This document shows, in pieces, positions 1 to 10,775 of a stretch of DNA of 64,000 bases. The position numbers and the translations under genes were made by a program. Positions within the stretch are counted from its first letter, which is position 1; each line of letters opens with the position of its first letter. A model generated the notes under the pieces. The model was given only the letters and a program-made list of their open reading frames with translations. It did no database searches and was not told the DNA's origin. Source of the DNA: an uncultured cyanobacterium (GTDB taxonomy: Bacteria > Cyanobacteriota > Cyanobacteriia > Pseudanabaenales > Pseudanabaenaceae); NCBI GenBank assembly GCA_963703315.1, contig OY969811.1, forward strand, positions 1,088,001 through 1,152,000, written 5' to 3'.

Positions 1-138
1 GACACGAAACTCAAGAAGCTAGTGGCTGCGCGAAGCGCCGCCACTAGCTTCTTGGGTTTTGTGTAGCTGGGTAAAACCTGTGGCGCACGCTGTGCGTGCA
101 CTACAGGTTTTACCCAGCTACTTAGTGGCAATGATAGC

Positions 139-822
139 TCATAACATTCTTTCTATTTGTGCTAATGCGTCTAGTGCGGCGGCACGTTCTGCTTCCTTTT
201 TACTAGAAAAATTTCGCAGACTTTGACCATATAGGCGATCGCCAACATATACTTTAGACGCAAATTCGGGCGTGTGATCAGTTCCTCCCACTTTTTCGGT
301 GACATATCTTGGCAAAATATGACCAATATAAGACTGCACCCATTCCTGCAAGCGATTTTTAGCATCAAGATCGGCGCGAGTATTCACTAACTCAGGCGGT
401 ACTGAATCAAATAATGCCTCCACCGCAGGGCGCACTGCCTCCACATCACAATTACGATCTAGATATAAAGCACCAATCATTGCTTCAAATACACAACTCA
501 ATAGGTTATCGCTTTTATTCCCACCATCACGTAAAGCCCCTTTACCTAACAATATTTGGTGATCTAGTTCTAAGGCGATCGCAAAATTTGCTAACTGTTT
601 CTCATCAACCAAAGCAGCACGACGACGGGTAAGTTCATCTTCACCAAGATCTGTATGTTGACGATAGAGATAGGAACCACTTAAGAAATTTAAAATGGCA
701 TCGCCCAAAAATTCCAAACGCTCATTATCTTCTCCTAAGTTAGGATTTTCATGGACGTAGGAGCGATGGGTTAGTGCCATTCGCAACAATTTTTCATTCT
801 TAAAAATAAACAGATCTTTCAT
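139..822 (-). CDS. rnc: Ribonuclease III (RNase III domain + C-terminal dsRBD)
   Basis: ALTHRS and NERLEFLGDA signatures, FEAMIGALYLD, dsRBD (AKNRLQEW...SKKEAERAAA). Start moved to ATG 822, which follows TAGGAGA; the ORF track starts at 840. Confidence 0.93.
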   Translation of the reverse strand: MKDLFIFKNEKLLRMALTHRSYVHENPNLGEDNERLEFLGDAILNFLSGSYLYRQHTDLGEDELTRRRAALVDEKQLANFAIALELDHQILLGKGALRDGGNKSDNLLSCVFEAMIGALYLDRNCDVEAVRPAVEALFDSVPPELVNTRADLDAKNRLQEWVQSYIGHILPRYVTEKVGGTDHTPEFASKVYVGDRLYGQSLRNFSSKKEAERAAALDALAQIERML

Positions 823-927
823 TTCTCCTAATATATACAACCTATTGAGGCTTTAAGTAGTAAAGATAAATTTTGAAAGTGCCGCGAAGTGGCACTTTCA
901 AAAGAATGTGAAACGCTATAAAACAAA

Positions 928-1872
928 TTAAGCTCGACAATTTCGATTAGAAATATTACCATCAGGCAAAATTGTTTGGCATATTTTGGCTTCATTAATC
1001 CAGCCCACATCCAACAATGCTTTTTTTAAATTAGCACTATCAAAATTTGCTCCCCGTAAATCTGCACCCGTCAAATCTGCACCCGTCAAATCTGCACCCG
1101 TCAAATCAATATTCCATAAATTTGCACCATTAAAGCAAGCTCCACATAGAATCGTACCTCTCAAAATTGCTTTACTTAAATTACTATTAATGAAATTAAC
1201 ATTGCTCAAATTGAGTCCACTTAAATTTGCCAACCGTAGATTAACTTCACTAAAATCCACACGATCTAAGTCAGCCTCCCGTAAATCTACTTCGCTAAGA
1301 TTTGCGCCTTTTAAATTGACTCCATGTAAACTAGACTCACAGAGATCAGCTTCGCTGAGGTCAGCATTTTGTAAGTTTGCTCGACTCAAATTTGCCCGAA
1401 ACAAAAAAGCATGATGTAAATTCGCATTACTTAAATCAGCATTAGAAAGATTTGCTTCGAGCAAATAAGATTTCTGGAGATTGGCATTTTGGAAATCCAT
1501 ACCATGCAAATTTGTACAATTGAGAATGGCAATCCGTAAGTTGGCACTGTTTAAGCTTACGTTAGTAAATTTTGCTCCGCTTAGCCCTGCATAGCTAAAG
1601 TTTGTGCGCGTAATGTTGGCATTGCTGAGATTTGCATCTATTAAACAGGCTCCACATAGATCAGCATCAGATAAATTCGCACCCGATAGATCAGTGTTAC
1701 AGAGATTTGCTTCCCATAGATTGGCAAAAGCTAGATTTGCGTTGCGTAAAATCATATTACTGAGATCAGCTTTACTTAAATCTACTCCCTTCAAATCTAG
1801 CCCCTCAAAGTTTCTTTCTCCTTGGGCATAACGTTCTATCAAATTGCGTGTCTTAGCAAGATGATTCAGCAT
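928..1872 (-). CDS. Pentapeptide repeat protein
   Basis: YAQGERNF N-terminus followed by continuous A(D/N)Lxx repeats; includes a 15-bp tandem repeat (GADLT x3) near 1056-1107. Confidence 0.92.
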   Translation of the reverse strand: MLNHLAKTRNLIERYAQGERNFEGLDLKGVDLSKADLSNMILRNANLAFANLWEANLCNTDLSGANLSDADLCGACLIDANLSNANITRTNFSYAGLSGAKFTNVSLNSANLRIAILNCTNLHGMDFQNANLQKSYLLEANLSNADLSNANLHHAFLFRANLSRANLQNADLSEADLCESSLHGVNLKGANLSEVDLREADLDRVDFSEVNLRLANLSGLNLSNVNFINSNLSKAILRGTILCGACFNGANLWNIDLTGADLTGADLTGADLRGANFDSANLKKALLDVGWINEAKICQTILPDGNISNRNCRA

Positions 1873-1940
1873 AAAAACAATAGGTTTGTATCGAAAAGAA
1901 CGAATGCGTCTCTTTCTTTCATAGTGAGTTTTTTAGATTG

Positions 1941-2044
1941 TATAGCTGTAGTCACTTGCATTAAAATCCCAAAAGTGAGTGGCGGCGCGAAGCGCCGCCA
2001 CTCACTCTTAGTTTTGTGTCCTAACAAGACTGACGACAGCCATA
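1941..2044. mobile_element. MITE-like palindromic element, TATAGCTG...CAGC(T/C)ATA family
   Basis: Terminal inverted repeats tatagctgtagtca / tgacgacagccata with central hairpin agtgagtggcggcgc-gaa-gcgccgccactcact. Related copies at 16395, 30773, 43456 and ~57049. Confidence 0.7.
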
Positions 2045-2116
2045 TCATCGAAAACTTGAAAACCACGATCAGATAAAATCTAACATTTTCATCGCTTCTA
2101 CCTAGATGATTGCATA

Positions 2117-3853
2117 TTACTTTGCTTTCACCTTTTGTTGTTGCTTTTCTTGACGTTTTTCAGCTTGTTTTGCTTTTTCTTTTTCTCTTTTTATGGCATC
2201 TTTGGCATCTTTGGCGGCTAATTCAGCTTTGTACTTGGCTTCCCTTGTTTCTTCTTCTCGCTTCTCTTGGTAGTAGGCATAGTCACCAGCATATACACAT
2301 AGATCGCCATCACGGATTTCGACAATTTTGTTGGCAACTTGAGAGATGAAATAGCGATCGTGGGAAATGACAGCTACTGTACCCTCATATTCGCGTAAAG
2401 CTGCCTCTAGCATTTCTTTAGCGGGAATATCGAGGTGGTTAGTCGGCTCATCAAGGATGAGGAAGTTAACAGGCGTAAGCAACATTTTGGCAAGGGCAAG
2501 TCTTGCTTTTTCGCCACCACTGAGATCCCGTACTAGTTTAAATACAGTGTCACCACTAAATAAAAATTTACCGAGAACACCACGTACTTCTTCGTGGGTC
2601 ATCTTCGGGAAATCATCGTGGATCGTATGAAATACGTCTTTGTGTAAATCAAGAGCTTCGGCTTGGTTTTGCTCAAAGTAACCCACTAGCACGTTATGAC
2701 CAAGGGTAATTTCGCCTTCGTTGTAGGGTTCTTTGCCAACCACCATTTTTAATAGTGTGGATTTGCCCGCGCCGTTTGGTCCTAAAAAAGCAACCCGATC
2801 GCCTCTTTCGATTTCTAGCTTTGCGCCTAAAAATAGGATTTGATCCCCATAAGCATGGGTAAGGTCTTTGATCTCGACAGTGACGCGCCCACTGCGAGAA
2901 GCAGGTGGGAAATGAAATTTTAAGGTTCTGACATCACTATCAGGGGCTTCGATGCGATCAATTTTGTCCAGTTGCTTTTCGCGGCTCTTGGCTTGGGTAC
3001 TGCGGGTAGCACTAGCTCGGAAGCGATCGACGAAGACCTGTTGCTTTTCAATATACTTCTGCTGACGTTCAAAGGCGGCTCCCTGTGCAGCTTTGGCTTC
3101 AGCCTTTTGAGCCAGATAGGAGGAATAGTTACCTAAGTAAGTGGTAGATACGCCGCGCTCAGTTTCTACAATCGAGGTACAGAGGCGATCTAGAAATTCG
3201 CGGTCATGGGAAACGATCACCATCGGCGTGCTAAGCGATCGCAGATATTTTTCTAACCATTCGATGGTTTCCAAATCTAAGTGGTTAGTCGGTTCGTCCA
3301 GTAGTAACAGGTCGGGCGATTGCAGTAAAATTTTGCCTAAGCCCATCCGCATCTGCCAACCGCCGCTATATTCGCTGACAAAGCGATCTCCATCATCAGC
3401 CTTAAATCCTAGTTCTGGCAATAGCTTATCGATGCGGCTTTCTAGTTCATAGCCATTGTGGTCTTCAAACTGGCGCTGGAGTCGATCCATTTTTTTGAGA
3501 ATTGGTTCATAGTCCTCGCCATCCTTTAAATTTTCTAGATGATGATGGACGATCGCTAATTCCTTTTGGATTTCACGGACTTCTTGAAATGCTTGCCACA
3601 TTTCTTGTTTGACAGTACGTGTCTCCTCGATGTCAAATTCTTGGCTCAGATAAGCGATTTTGAGACTGGTTGGACGAACCACCTGCCCAGAAGTTGGTTC
3701 GATTTCCCCTGCAATAATTTTTAGCTGTGTTGATTTCCCTGCGCCATTTACGCCGACTAAACCAATGCGATCGCCTGTTTTGACTTCCCAGTTAACGTCT
3801 TTTAGGACTTCGCCAGTAGGATAGATTTTCTGTACGTGTTCAAGACGAAGCAT
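2117..3853 (-). CDS. ABC-F family ribosome-associated ATPase
   Basis: Two ABC domains (GVNGAGKST, GPNGAGKST; YSGG/LSGG; LDEPTNHLD x2), no transmembrane segments, charged C-terminal tail. Confidence 0.93.
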   Translation of the reverse strand: MLRLEHVQKIYPTGEVLKDVNWEVKTGDRIGLVGVNGAGKSTQLKIIAGEIEPTSGQVVRPTSLKIAYLSQEFDIEETRTVKQEMWQAFQEVREIQKELAIVHHHLENLKDGEDYEPILKKMDRLQRQFEDHNGYELESRIDKLLPELGFKADDGDRFVSEYSGGWQMRMGLGKILLQSPDLLLLDEPTNHLDLETIEWLEKYLRSLSTPMVIVSHDREFLDRLCTSIVETERGVSTTYLGNYSSYLAQKAEAKAAQGAAFERQQKYIEKQQVFVDRFRASATRSTQAKSREKQLDKIDRIEAPDSDVRTLKFHFPPASRSGRVTVEIKDLTHAYGDQILFLGAKLEIERGDRVAFLGPNGAGKSTLLKMVVGKEPYNEGEITLGHNVLVGYFEQNQAEALDLHKDVFHTIHDDFPKMTHEEVRGVLGKFLFSGDTVFKLVRDLSGGEKARLALAKMLLTPVNFLILDEPTNHLDIPAKEMLEAALREYEGTVAVISHDRYFISQVANKIVEIRDGDLCVYAGDYAYYQEKREEETREAKYKAELAAKDAKDAIKREKEKAKQAEKRQEKQQQKVKAK

Positions 3854-4588
3854 AGATTTAGGGTAGCAACAAAACTTAACTTTTTATTAAGATTATCATT
3901 TTTTTGTAACAAATGCATCAGCCTACCCAAAACTCAGCAAGAAGAAACTAATCACAATCTGAGCAAGATTTCTAGTAATCTTTTCCATGTACTAATTTCA
4001 CCATACAATTTCTAGCAGCATTAAGTTGTAAGTTCTAGTCGATCTATATCCTTAAGGCGATCGCAATTATTGTGAGACGTGAAGTCTAGACGATCTCTTT
4101 TAATTCGTAGTTTTTGTACGGATATGGAGTCTAGTAGCAATTTAACTCTTGGGTGGAAAGTAGCGATAAATTTCTTTGCGGTGCATTATCTCGACAAAAG
4201 GTAATGGTTCCATCTTGAAAGATCACACCAATTTAGTAATCTCCTACTTATAAGCATTTTCATAGCCCTGTAACTTTTTGAGATTTTTGATGTCTGTAAA
4301 CCCAGAAAATTTGGGAATATCTTCAAATACAAGTGTGTTGATGGGTTTGACGTAAGGCGTACTTCCAAGATCTTGGCGATCACCATTACTGTGAGTCGTG
4401 AGTTCTAGGCGATCGCATTAACAATTGGCTTAATAGGTGTTTCGGGGAGGTGCTTTAGCTTAAATGCTTGATGTGCAATAGTTTTAGCCTCGGAGGGTTC
4501 GATCTCTGAAACACCCGTCATTAAAAGCATTGAGCCGTTTATCTTGTCTGATCTCCCCGAAACAACTATTGAGCCTTAATATTTATCT

Positions 4589-7021
4589 ATGTGGATCAAT
4601 CTCAAAAAAAGAATTTGGAAATGCAAAGATTTCTTTGTCATTATTCCTATAACAACGGGGATTTTGCTAGGAATACGCTTTTTGGGGCTATTGCAACCCC
4701 TAGAACTATCGATATATGACTTATTCTTTCAGTGGCGACCGAGAGAACCCATAGACGAAAGGATCGTGATTGTTGGGATCGATGAAGCTGACATCCAAAA
4801 TTTTGGTTATCCCATTAACGATAGCACCCTCACCAAACTCCTCAACGCCATCAAGCAACAGCAACCTAGAGTGATTGGTCTAGATATCTACCGCGATTTA
4901 CCAGTACCTCAAACCTATGGTTCTGAATATCAAGAATTAGTCAAACTATTTGAATCGACCCCAAACCTCATCGGCATTCGGAAAGTGGTTGTTAATCGAG
5001 AAGGTAGTGGTGTTGCCGCATCCCCAATCCTTGAAAAACTCAATCAAGTCGCTGCTAATGATCTTCTCCCTGATCGCGATGGTAAGATTCGCCGTGTGCT
5101 GCTATCGCTTAAAGACCAGCAAGGTAAAACCGTTGTCAGTTTGAGTGCTGCCCTAGCGCTCCAGTATCTCAAAAAAGAAAATATTAGTGTTGAAGTTATT
5201 GATCCGCAACTTCAGAAATATAAGTTAGGGAAAGCAATCTTCTCGCCGATAGCAGAAAATGATGGCGGCTATGTCCATCAAAGCTTGGGGGGATATCAAA
5301 CATTAGCGAATTTTCGCAATTTTCAGGATAGCTTTCGTTCTGTCTCTATAACTCAAATATTAAAAGGAGAGATTTCACGGGATATCTTTCGCGATCGCAT
5401 CGTTTTAATTGGAATTACTGCTGAAAGTAATACTGATTACTTTATCACTCCCTACAACAGCAATGTCTTGGGAAGTTCTTTGCCAGTTACAAGTGGCGTA
5501 AAACTTCATGCGAATATTGCTAGTCAATTGATTGCCAATGCCATTGATGATCGACCAGTCTTGCAAGTCTGGTCAAAAACTGTGGAGTGCCTATGGATTT
5601 CACTTTGGGCGATTATCAGTGGCTGGTTATGTTGGAATCGTCGCCACATCAGACCAATCACTCAATCCAAGTTTACTTTCCGTATCCCTTGGCTCACTCT
5701 ATCGATCGCAGGTTTAGGCATCGGTCTATTTACCACCAGCTATGGCGTATTCTTGCTGGGTTGGTGGATTCCTGTCGTACCGTCATTGGTTGCTCTGTTT
5801 GGTTCAGCGATCGCGATAACAGGCTATACAGCCCTCAGTGCTAACGAAGCTCGTAGACGCGCCTTGCTTTCGGTTATTCCTGACTTGATGTTCAATGTTA
5901 GTGGTGATGGCATTTATCTAGGTCAGATTAACTATGAGAGTAATATCAAGGTAGCTTTTCCTGACTTGGAGAATATTGGCAAGCATCTTTCCCAAATCCT
6001 ACCGATTGAAATCAGTGATCGCCATCTTTTTCATATTCGCCAAGCTCTAAGCACAGGAAAGCTCCAAATTTATGAACAGAAAATATGGGTTGACAGTAAT
6101 TATCAATATGAAGAAGTTCGTATTGTCGTTAGTGGAGTGAATGAAGTGCTGTTTATGATCCGCAATATTAGCGATCGCAAACAAGCAGAACTAGTTATCC
6201 AAAACAAAAATATGGAATTGGCTCATACCTTAGATGCTCTCATAACTACTCAAAAACAACTTATCGAATCAGAGAAGTATGCCGCCCTCGGTAGTATGGT
6301 TGCGGGTATTGCCCATGAAGTGAATACACCTGTTGGCAATAGTCTCATGGCAGCTTCCATTCTAGAAAATGCTACCGTTAAATTTAACGAAGCTTTCCAT
6401 CGCGGCGAACTCAAAAAATCTAGCTTACAAGCATATTTAGACAAAGCTAAAAGTAGTAGCGAAATTCTCTTAGAGAACTTACAACGTGCCGCCGAACTGA
6501 TCCAAAACTTTAAGCAAGTTGCTGTCGATCAATCTAACCTAGAACAGCGTAGCTTTCAAGTCAAAGATTATATCGAAAGGATTTTGGTGAGTTTAGACCC
6601 ACAAATCAAACATACGCCTCACCAAGTCATTGTCCGAGGTGATCAGGCGATCGCGATGCGGAGTTATGCAGGTGCATTTTCGCAAATTGTCACCAATCTA
6701 GTAATGAATTCCCTAACTCATGCCTATCATGGATTAGATAAGATTGGGAAGCTCCAGTTTGAACTGACTCAGCAAGATGACAAAGTAATCATCATCTATA
6801 CTGATGATGGCAAAGGGATTCCCGAAGAGAGTTTACCTAGAATTTTTGATCCTTTCTTTACAACAGCCAGAGATAGAGGTGGTAGTGGTTTAGGTTTATA
6901 TATTATCTATAACCTTGTAACTCAGAATCTTAAGGGAAGCATTCTTTGCAAAAGTGAAGTTGGTATAGGGACAAAGTTTATCATCACCTTGCCACTTAAT
7001 TTAGAGTTATCTCAAAGCTAA
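4589..7021 (+). CDS. CHASE2-domain membrane sensor histidine kinase (CHASE2-TM-PAS-HisKA-HATPase)
   Basis: IVIVGIDE, VIGLDIYRD and DRDGKIRR CHASE2 motifs; three TM helices; AHEVNTP H-box; N, D and G boxes (DDGKGI, GGSGLGL). Confidence 0.9.
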   Translation: MWINLKKRIWKCKDFFVIIPITTGILLGIRFLGLLQPLELSIYDLFFQWRPREPIDERIVIVGIDEADIQNFGYPINDSTLTKLLNAIKQQQPRVIGLDIYRDLPVPQTYGSEYQELVKLFESTPNLIGIRKVVVNREGSGVAASPILEKLNQVAANDLLPDRDGKIRRVLLSLKDQQGKTVVSLSAALALQYLKKENISVEVIDPQLQKYKLGKAIFSPIAENDGGYVHQSLGGYQTLANFRNFQDSFRSVSITQILKGEISRDIFRDRIVLIGITAESNTDYFITPYNSNVLGSSLPVTSGVKLHANIASQLIANAIDDRPVLQVWSKTVECLWISLWAIISGWLCWNRRHIRPITQSKFTFRIPWLTLSIAGLGIGLFTTSYGVFLLGWWIPVVPSLVALFGSAIAITGYTALSANEARRRALLSVIPDLMFNVSGDGIYLGQINYESNIKVAFPDLENIGKHLSQILPIEISDRHLFHIRQALSTGKLQIYEQKIWVDSNYQYEEVRIVVSGVNEVLFMIRNISDRKQAELVIQNKNMELAHTLDALITTQKQLIESEKYAALGSMVAGIAHEVNTPVGNSLMAASILENATVKFNEAFHRGELKKSSLQAYLDKAKSSSEILLENLQRAAELIQNFKQVAVDQSNLEQRSFQVKDYIERILVSLDPQIKHTPHQVIVRGDQAIAMRSYAGAFSQIVTNLVMNSLTHAYHGLDKIGKLQFELTQQDDKVIIIYTDDGKGIPEESLPRIFDPFFTTARDRGGSGLGLYIIYNLVTQNLKGSILCKSEVGIGTKFIITLPLNLELSQS

Positions 7022-7060
7022 AACCTATGGCGCACGCGCAGCGTGCGCCATAGGTTTTAG
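7018..7060. terminator. Perfect palindrome, likely bidirectional terminator between convergent genes
   Basis: ctaaaacctatggcgcacgc-gca-gcgtgcgccataggttttag; contains both stop codons. Related hairpins at ~70-110, 18711-18751 and 62606-62650. Confidence 0.7.
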
Positions 7061-7698
7061 GGAATTAAGCTGAGGATGTCGTTAGGAGAATGAGCAAGCA
7101 CATCAGCACCATAACTTCTTAACTCTTCTTCCGAGCCATAGCCATAGGTAACACCGATCGCGAAGATTTGGTTTTGTTTTGCACCAATGACATCATGGTA
7201 GCGATCTCCAATCATCACGGTTTGCGAATTATCAAGATTTTCACTCAGCAAAATATGACGAATGAGTTCCGCTTTAATGCTGCGTGTACCGTCTAATTCA
7301 CTGCCATAAATGCCATCAAAGAAGGACAACAAACCAAAATGTTTGATAATCTGTTTGGCATAAAGATGGGGCTTTGAGGTTGCCACATAGATGAGATCGC
7401 CTTTAACCCTGATTAATTCAAGGACTGCGGGAATTTCAGGGTATAAGAAGTTTTCAAATAAGCCAACTGTCGAAAAGCGATCGCGATAAAAAACAATTGC
7501 TTGATCGATCAGAACTTGATCATCCGTTTCTAAAAGTTTTGCAAAACTATTGGTCAAAGGAGGACCAATGCACCATAGCAAGTCATCGTTACTGGGTGGT
7601 TGTTTGCCAAGTTGAACAAGTGCGTGTTGGATACAAGTGGTAATTCCAATCTTAGGATCGGTTAGAGTTCCATCAAGATCAAATAAGACGGCAACCAT
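7057..7698 (-). CDS. HAD-family phosphatase (5'-nucleotidase/phosphoglycolate phosphatase-like)
   Basis: FDLDGTL motif I, ATSK motif II, MIGDRYHD motif IV. Confidence 0.88.
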   Translation of the reverse strand: MVAVLFDLDGTLTDPKIGITTCIQHALVQLGKQPPSNDDLLWCIGPPLTNSFAKLLETDDQVLIDQAIVFYRDRFSTVGLFENFLYPEIPAVLELIRVKGDLIYVATSKPHLYAKQIIKHFGLLSFFDGIYGSELDGTRSIKAELIRHILLSENLDNSQTVMIGDRYHDVIGAKQNQIFAIGVTYGYGSEEELRSYGADVLAHSPNDILSLIP

Positions 7699-7762
7699 GA
7701 TGTTTACTTCTCTTCTTTAGATTTTACATAAAGAGAACTGTGGCGCAAAGCGCCACAGTTCT

Positions 7763-9355
7763 CTAGGGATTTTGATCAGAACTAAGCTGCGATCGCCTGA
7801 TATCTTGACCTTCGATAATGGTGTGTAGTTGCCAACTAGGATCAATGTCAGGAAAATCTGCACGATAATGAGCGCCCCGACTTTCAGTACGAAATAGAGC
7901 CGATCGCACTAATAAATAGGCATAGTCAGCTAGATTCCGAGTTTCGATCCATAGACGTGAAGGTTCGGCAAGTTGAGTTAGCTCCGCTTGCCATGTACTA
8001 ATTTGTGACAAGGCAATTTCTAAATCAGCCTGAACTCGACAAATCCCCACCGCTTGCCAACTGAGATTTTGAATTCCAGATTTAATATTTTGGATAGTTG
8101 CTGAATTACCATGATTTTGGATCTTAGGTGCGATCGCTTTTGGAGTCTTAAAAATCTGAGTCTGTTGAGAACAAACCTGTTCTGCTAATCTTTCTCCAAA
8201 CACAAAGCATTCTAAAAGAGAGTTACTAGCCAGACGATTAGCACCATGTACACCCGTACTAGCAGTCTCACCGACTGCATATAGTCCCTCAATGGAAGTA
8301 GCCCCATGAGAATCAACGACAATTCCTCCCATGCAATAGTGGGCGGCGGGAGTTACGGGGATCGGCGTAAAGAAAATATCAATTTGCCACTGTTGACAGA
8401 TTTTAATGATATTCGGAAATCGATGGGCGATCCTCTCTCTGGAAATCGGCTGTAAATCTAGAAATACGGTGGGTTCTTTGGTTTTTTTGAGATGGTTAAA
8501 TATGGCACGGCTGACGACATCGCGAGGTGCTAGCTCACCTTTGGGATGGTAATTAAAGGCAAAGCGATCGCCTTGATGATCGATTAAATGTGCGCCTTCT
8601 CCACGTACTGCCTCGCTGATCAGAAATCTGGGAGCATTGGGTAAAGCGAGAGCCGTCGGATGGAACTGCACAAATTCCATATCACGGATGATTGCTCCTG
8701 AGCGCCATGCGATCGCGACACCATCACCTGTACTTGAGGGTGGATTGGTATTTTGTGAAAATACCTGAGCGCCACCGCCTGTCGCCAAGACAACGACTGG
8801 CGAAATCAAGCAGCCAATTTCCTGATTTTCTTCTAGATAAAAAACTCCGTTACAACGCCCCTGAGCTATGAACAGATCTAAAATTAGGGTTTGACTCAAA
8901 ACTTGAATACTCGGATTTTGGAGTACCGCCGCCGCAAGCTTAGATACCAGCGCTCGCCCTGTTGTGTCCGCCGAATGTAATACCCTTCTCTTGGAGTGAG
9001 CAGCTTCTAAAGTTAGTGCTAAGCTCCCGTCTTCAGCGCGATCGAAGTCCACACCCAAAGCAATCAGGTTTTGAATTTGTCGAGGTGCAGCATTAACAAG
9101 TACATCGACTGCTTCGATATCGCACAAGCCCACACCCGCGATCAATGTATCTTTACCATGAAACTGAGGTGCATCATCTTTATCAACAACCGCCGCAATC
9201 CCACCCTGCGCCCAGTCACTAGCTGAAGTTGACAAGTTATCTTTAGTCACTAAACCAATTCGCCAGTTTGGTGCTAAGTCTGTGAGTCGAAGTGCAGTAT
9301 ACAGTCCAGCAGCACCGCTGCCGATAATCAAAGCATCAAACCTTGTCTGGTTCAT
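7763..9355 (-). CDS. nadB: L-aspartate oxidase
   Basis: GSGAAG FAD motif, WAQGGIAA, EAAHS, MEFVQFHPT, HGANRLASNSLLE, ESRGAHYR. Confidence 0.95.
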   Translation of the reverse strand: MNQTRFDALIIGSGAAGLYTALRLTDLAPNWRIGLVTKDNLSTSASDWAQGGIAAVVDKDDAPQFHGKDTLIAGVGLCDIEAVDVLVNAAPRQIQNLIALGVDFDRAEDGSLALTLEAAHSKRRVLHSADTTGRALVSKLAAAVLQNPSIQVLSQTLILDLFIAQGRCNGVFYLEENQEIGCLISPVVVLATGGGAQVFSQNTNPPSSTGDGVAIAWRSGAIIRDMEFVQFHPTALALPNAPRFLISEAVRGEGAHLIDHQGDRFAFNYHPKGELAPRDVVSRAIFNHLKKTKEPTVFLDLQPISRERIAHRFPNIIKICQQWQIDIFFTPIPVTPAAHYCMGGIVVDSHGATSIEGLYAVGETASTGVHGANRLASNSLLECFVFGERLAEQVCSQQTQIFKTPKAIAPKIQNHGNSATIQNIKSGIQNLSWQAVGICRVQADLEIALSQISTWQAELTQLAEPSRLWIETRNLADYAYLLVRSALFRTESRGAHYRADFPDIDPSWQLHTIIEGQDIRRSQLSSDQNP

Positions 9356-9662
9356 TAAGTAAAGCCAAGTTGTCAGTAGTCGATATTATCTCACTAGATC
9401 AATATCATTGTCTTGAGGCAATCTGCGATCAATATATACCACCAAAAAATCAGAAGTTTCACTAAACACTAAGTTTAGTGAAACTTCTGATTTTATCCTT
9501 TAGCTCACAAAAGCTCTCTTAGACTAACAGCTACAATGATTAAAATCTAAAGTCTGTTCTAAAACAAACAGTGAAATCAAATAATTTCGGTTAATATATA
9601 TTTAAGATAGTCAAAAAGTCTTTTCTCCAATACGTCTGACTAATAAACCAAAGTAAAATATT

Positions 9663-10775
9663 ATGGTTAGTACATTTTCAAGAGATAGAATCGCTACAGC
9701 AGAAGAACAAATCGAAGATAGAAGGCAAGAAATTGCTTACGATACTAGAGAATTTACAATAGAATACATAGTCAATAAATACTTAGAGAAAAATGATGAT
9801 GATCTAAGCGATATTTATGTGCCTGAATACCAGAGGGAATTCGTATGGGATATTAAGCGTCAATCTAGATTAATTGAATCTATTGTGCTTGGTCTACCCA
9901 TCCCCCTGCTTTTCGTAGCTGAAATTAAAGAAACTGGTAGGCTAGAAATCGTTGATGGTTCCCAAAGAGTTAGAACTCTTGCCGCTTTTATCACTAACCA
10001 GTTGCAATTAGCTAATTTGAGGACATTAAATTCTCTGAATGGCTTCAAATTTGAAGATTTTGCTCCATCTCGTCAAAGAAAGTTTAAAAATATTCCCATC
10101 AGAATGGTTGTTCTTTCAGATAGGGCTAATGAAAGTGTACGAAACGATATGTTTGATCGTATTAACACTAGCAGTCTTGACTTAGCTCCTATGGAGACTA
10201 GGAAGGGAGTATATAGAGGTGATTTTATTGACTTTATTTTTGAATGTTCAAACAACCAAACATTTATTAAGCTTTGTCCAATTTATAAATATTTCCAAAA
10301 TAGATATGAAGAAGCGGAGCTTATTCTAAGATTTTTTGCCTTTTCCGAAACCTATCCAAAGTTTTGCCTTCCTGACGACATAACAGATCTTGATAGAACA
10401 GGTGTGGCAAGATTTCTTGACGAGTATGTTTTAAGTAAGAAAGGTACTTTTACAGAGACAGAGAGAAATCAAAAGCTATTTGATTTTGGAGAAATGTTAG
10501 AATTTGTAGGTAAGAATTTTCCAAGCGGATTTAGAAAGCGGCACGATTCGGAAGCGACTAGTCGCAACTATTTTGAGGCTATATCAGTTGGTTCACATCT
10601 AGCTCTTAAGAGTAAGCAAAACTTAGAAATTAAAGACTTATGGAAACCTCTAGAAAAGAATAATCAGACAATTTCTTTTAATATTCCTATTGATCGGTAT
10701 CAGACACACAAGCCCGAAAATATGTTAAGAAGAATTGATTATGTTAAGGCGAAGCTTCTTAATTATAGTTTATGA
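9663..10775 (+). CDS. DUF262 (ParB/Srx-like, GmrS-type) domain protein
   Basis: VPEYQREFVW, LIESIVLGLPIP, IVDGSQR and FDRINT motifs; AT-rich. Confidence 0.85.
   Translation: MVSTFSRDRIATAEEQIEDRRQEIAYDTREFTIEYIVNKYLEKNDDDLSDIYVPEYQREFVWDIKRQSRLIESIVLGLPIPLLFVAEIKETGRLEIVDGSQRVRTLAAFITNQLQLANLRTLNSLNGFKFEDFAPSRQRKFKNIPIRMVVLSDRANESVRNDMFDRINTSSLDLAPMETRKGVYRGDFIDFIFECSNNQTFIKLCPIYKYFQNRYEEAELILRFFAFSETYPKFCLPDDITDLDRTGVARFLDEYVLSKKGTFTETERNQKLFDFGEMLEFVGKNFPSGFRKRHDSEATSRNYFEAISVGSHLALKSKQNLEIKDLWKPLEKNNQTISFNIPIDRYQTHKPENMLRRIDYVKAKLLNYSL

Noticed and set aside
1056..1107. 15-bp tandem repeat x3
   Set aside because: Encodes GADLT pentapeptide units; no spacers, so not CRISPR.
986..1831. Antisense ORFs over pentapeptide genes (also 27902-28243)
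   Set aside because: Shadow frames caused by repetitive codon structure.
1822..2076. ORFs crossing palindromic elements (also 15984-16388, 18951-19257, 49815-50066, 57162-57437)
   Set aside because: They translate repeat DNA (GGAKRRHSL, EWRRFAPPL) and overlap better-supported features.
4427..4575. 6S RNA or a named riboswitch
   Set aside because: Rod-like fold but no conserved sequence I recognise; kept only as an unnamed structured leader.
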